DNA of 64,000 nucleotides from an uncultured Chryseobacterium sp. (GTDB lineage Bacteria; Bacteroidota; Bacteroidia; Flavobacteriales; Weeksellaceae): NCBI RefSeq assembly GCF_913778085.1, contig NZ_CAJYXJ010000008.1; one strand, 5' to 3'. Shown piece by piece: positions 61,915 to 64,000 of this stretch (position 1 is its first letter; each line of letters starts with the position of its first letter). The notes under the pieces were generated by a model. It saw only the letters and a program-made list of their open reading frames with translations, ran no database searches and was not told where the DNA came from. The position numbers and the translations under genes were made by a program.

Positions 61915-62332
61915 GCTGAATCTGATATTATACCTTTATCAATCTGCTCCTTCTTACACCGGATAATGCTCTTCCGGAGCTAAATTCACATTTCCAGAAT
62001 AATATAAGGTAAATCCAACTATATTCAACTTATATTCACCAGCTTATTTGATTTATTAAAGGCTAATTATTTAAATTATGATGAGTTTAAATAAAATGAT
62101 AAAGGATGCAGCTTGATCATCAAATCTTTAATATATTTCTGACAATAAACTTCTGGCATCCCGCTTTGCTTTTCCAATCAATTACTCAAACTTCTTCTTG
62201 TAAGCCATCTTAATATAATTTTGGCATCATAATTAAAATTAATATTCAGTTTTTTATCGTAAAAAGGCTGCCCAAGAGGACAGCCTTCCTTAATTTTTGA
62301 TAAATTTTTTACAGTTTTGCTTTCAGTAACGT

Positions 62333-62956
62333 TTATTTCACGGCAGCTTTTGCTTTTTCAGATTCCATTAAATGATGTTCCAAGGTAGGAAGTGTCTTGC
62401 TGGCAAAAGATTTTACTGAAGCATCCATTCCTCCGGAGGCTTCTTTTTTGAACTCTGCGATATCCATTTTATGATCGCTTACCATCAGATCCGTATATGC
62501 ACGATCGAAATCCGATCCTTTTTTTGTTTTAAGATCATCATATTTTTTCTGTTGATCGGCATCAAGGCTGGCAGGAAGGGTATACTTTGCCATAGAAGCC
62601 CATGATTTCAATTCTTCATTGGCTTTACCATGATCTGTAACCATCATGGCACCCAGAGATTTTACGGCAGCGCTCTGTGCGTTTGTTTTTGCCAGTTCGC
62701 CCATCATGACTTCCATCATCCCTCCTTTAGCGGCAGCATCAACAAATTTTTTGTCCTGATCGCTTAAATTTCCTGATGCAGCGGCATTATTTTGGTTCAT
62801 GGCTGAAGCAGAGTCACTTCCGGTTGTCGCCATTCCGGTATCTGCAGGAGCAGACATGGCCGTACTGTCGGCGGAGTCATTTGCAGTTGTAGTTTCGTTT
62901 TTCTTACAAGCCACCATAGTTCCAACGGCTAGTAGAGCTAAAATTGTCTTTTTCAT
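62333..62956 (-). CDS. DUF4142 family lipoprotein
   Basis: Lipobox MVAC; GGMMEV, MVTDHGKAN, FDRAY...DH, LPTLEHH. Confidence 0.92.
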   Translation of the reverse strand: MKKTILALLAVGTMVACKKNETTTANDSADSTAMSAPADTGMATTGSDSASAMNQNNAAASGNLSDQDKKFVDAAAKGGMMEVMMGELAKTNAQSAAVKSLGAMMVTDHGKANEELKSWASMAKYTLPASLDADQQKKYDDLKTKKGSDFDRAYTDLMVSDHKMDIAEFKKEASGGMDASVKSFASKTLPTLEHHLMESEKAKAAVK

Positions 62957-63131
62957 AATATTAATAAATGGTTGATAAATTTCAGTGTGTGAGTCGCATA
63001 AACATAATCATAAAATAGGCTGTCGTTTTATGCGCAGGATCATAATCTGTAAAATATTATTTAAATTCAATCAGATACGATTATAAAATAAAAGAAGCGA
63101 TTCCGCAACAGAAACAGCTTCTTTATATTAA

Positions 63132-63293
63132 TTATACAAAATTATTGTATTTGATATTTCCCGTAGCACCCATAGGAAGATACACGACTTTTCTTTTAAT
63201 CATTTTTGCTTTTTCCAGGGCTTTAAGGGCTTTCTGACGCTCAATTTCTTTATTCAGGGATATTGAATTATCCCATTCGTTAGAATTTTTCAT
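63132..63293 (-). CDS. Small basic protein (53 aa), not in the ORF track
   Basis: MKNSNEWDNSISLNKEIERQKALKALEKAKMIKRKVVYLPMGATGNIKYNNFV; A-rich start region; hairpin downstream. Confidence 0.6.
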   Translation of the reverse strand: MKNSNEWDNSISLNKEIERQKALKALEKAKMIKRKVVYLPMGATGNIKYNNFV

Positions 63294-63429
63294 ATTATTA
63301 TATTTAGTGATTGGTGTGTATGTATCAGTGCTTTGCAGCTCATATTATCTTTACATAAAACAGGCCATTTTTTAAATTTTATGAAAAATTTTAACCTTTT
63401 TTCAGTTAAAAGTAAAATAAATGGGTCAA

Positions 63430-63999
63430 TTATACTTTGATGATTTCTGAATCTTCCTTTTTCATAAATTTTTTAAAGAAAAATATATTCCATAAAATAA
63501 GTTCATAGCCGTAAGCCGTGTCTTCAATCGGAATGGTGAGAATCCGTATGCCCATAAAATCTTGCGGATTATAATTGACAATTGGTGATTCCAGTCCCGT
63601 TCCCGTTAAAATGCCATTGACCATCAAAAATCCAGGCATCAACAGAAGATAAATAACTGAAGCTTTCCCGAGCCACCGTACCTTTAACACAAAATGTAGA
63701 ATGGCAAGACTGAATGCGGTCGTCATAAAAGTTAGACAGGTATAAATTTTATCGATGAAATAAATCCCGACTGTCAGTGCCAGAAGAATAGCAATTACCA
63801 CAAAAACTCTTTCCCAAAACGGCTTCCAATCAAGTTTGAAGAATTTATCCAGACAGAAATATGTAAACATGCAGGCAAAAGGAATGCAGAAAAAAAAGAG
63901 GATTTCTTCAATCGGCAGTTTTAGAAAGCGGATACCAAGCAGGTATTGGTCATTAAACCACCAAACGCCGATTTTCGTAAACCACGCATCCCAGACAAT
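63430..63999 (-). CDS. Lycopene cyclase domain protein (membrane type), start outside the window
   Basis: Frame open to the edge: IVWDAWFTKIGVWWFN...LPIEEILFF and IPIEDTAY duplicated motif. Confidence 0.88.
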   Translation of the reverse strand: MVWDAWFTKIGVWWFNDQYLLGIRFLKLPIEEILFFFCIPFACMFTYFCLDKFFKLDWKPFWERVFVVIAILLALTVGIYFIDKIYTCLTFMTTAFSLAILHFVLKVRWLGKASVIYLLLMPGFLMVNGILTGTGLESPIVNYNPQDFMGIRILTIPIEDTAYGYELILWNIFFFKKFMKKEDSEIIKV

Positions 64000-64000
64000 A

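Noticed and set aside
62154-62169. TGGCATCCCGCTTTGC sigma54-like motif
   Set aside because: GG-to-GC spacing is 11 rather than 10, and no plus-strand gene follows
62060-62200. Stop-interrupted minus-strand frame MAYKKKFE*LIGKAKRDARSLLSEIY*
   Set aside because: Too short and without recognisable homology to call a pseudogene
1-64000. CRISPR arrays, tRNA/rRNA, IS transposases, prophage
   Set aside because: No regularly spaced repeats, cloverleaf or rRNA signatures, or transposase/integrase/phage motifs found on manual reading

Overview
This is a 64-kb chromosomal window from a Bacteroidota/Flavobacteriia genome, most likely Chryseobacterium, judged from TAnnTTTG promoters, SD-less A-rich start regions, T9SS cargo and GldI. 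It is mostly housekeeping and accessory genes: serC-serA-DUF1015, tandem M28 peptidases, PPIases, ilvE, mnmD, rpe, ndk, rsgA, DAHP synthase/chorismate mutase, dnaX, transporters, TonB receptors, a CheR/CheB plus hybrid-kinase cluster, xth and lycopene cyclase. I saw no rRNA, tRNA, CRISPR array or transposase. The main signals are not in the ORF track. (1) An identical 41-bp element occurs twice, 38.6 kb apart, each copy between a promoter and an intrinsic terminator. It is the reverse complement of a model Bacteroidota translation-initiation region, suggesting an anti-start-codon sRNA family. A third partial match may be an antisense partner, and a further sigma54-type sRNA candidate lies in tandem. 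(2) A 44-aa leader ORF with 18 Phe/Tyr/Trp codons lies upstream of DAHP synthase/chorismate mutase. (3) dnaX is split at an A10 run, so the long tau form would need slippage. (4) A lipoprotein TNT-family NADase is coupled to a Cys-rich putative immunity gene. (5) CheR and CheB occur with no chemoreceptor, beside a kinase with an E/Q-rich coiled coil. (6) One of two tandem M28 peptidases looks catalytically dead. Family assignments come from motif recognition only; no database searches were run.
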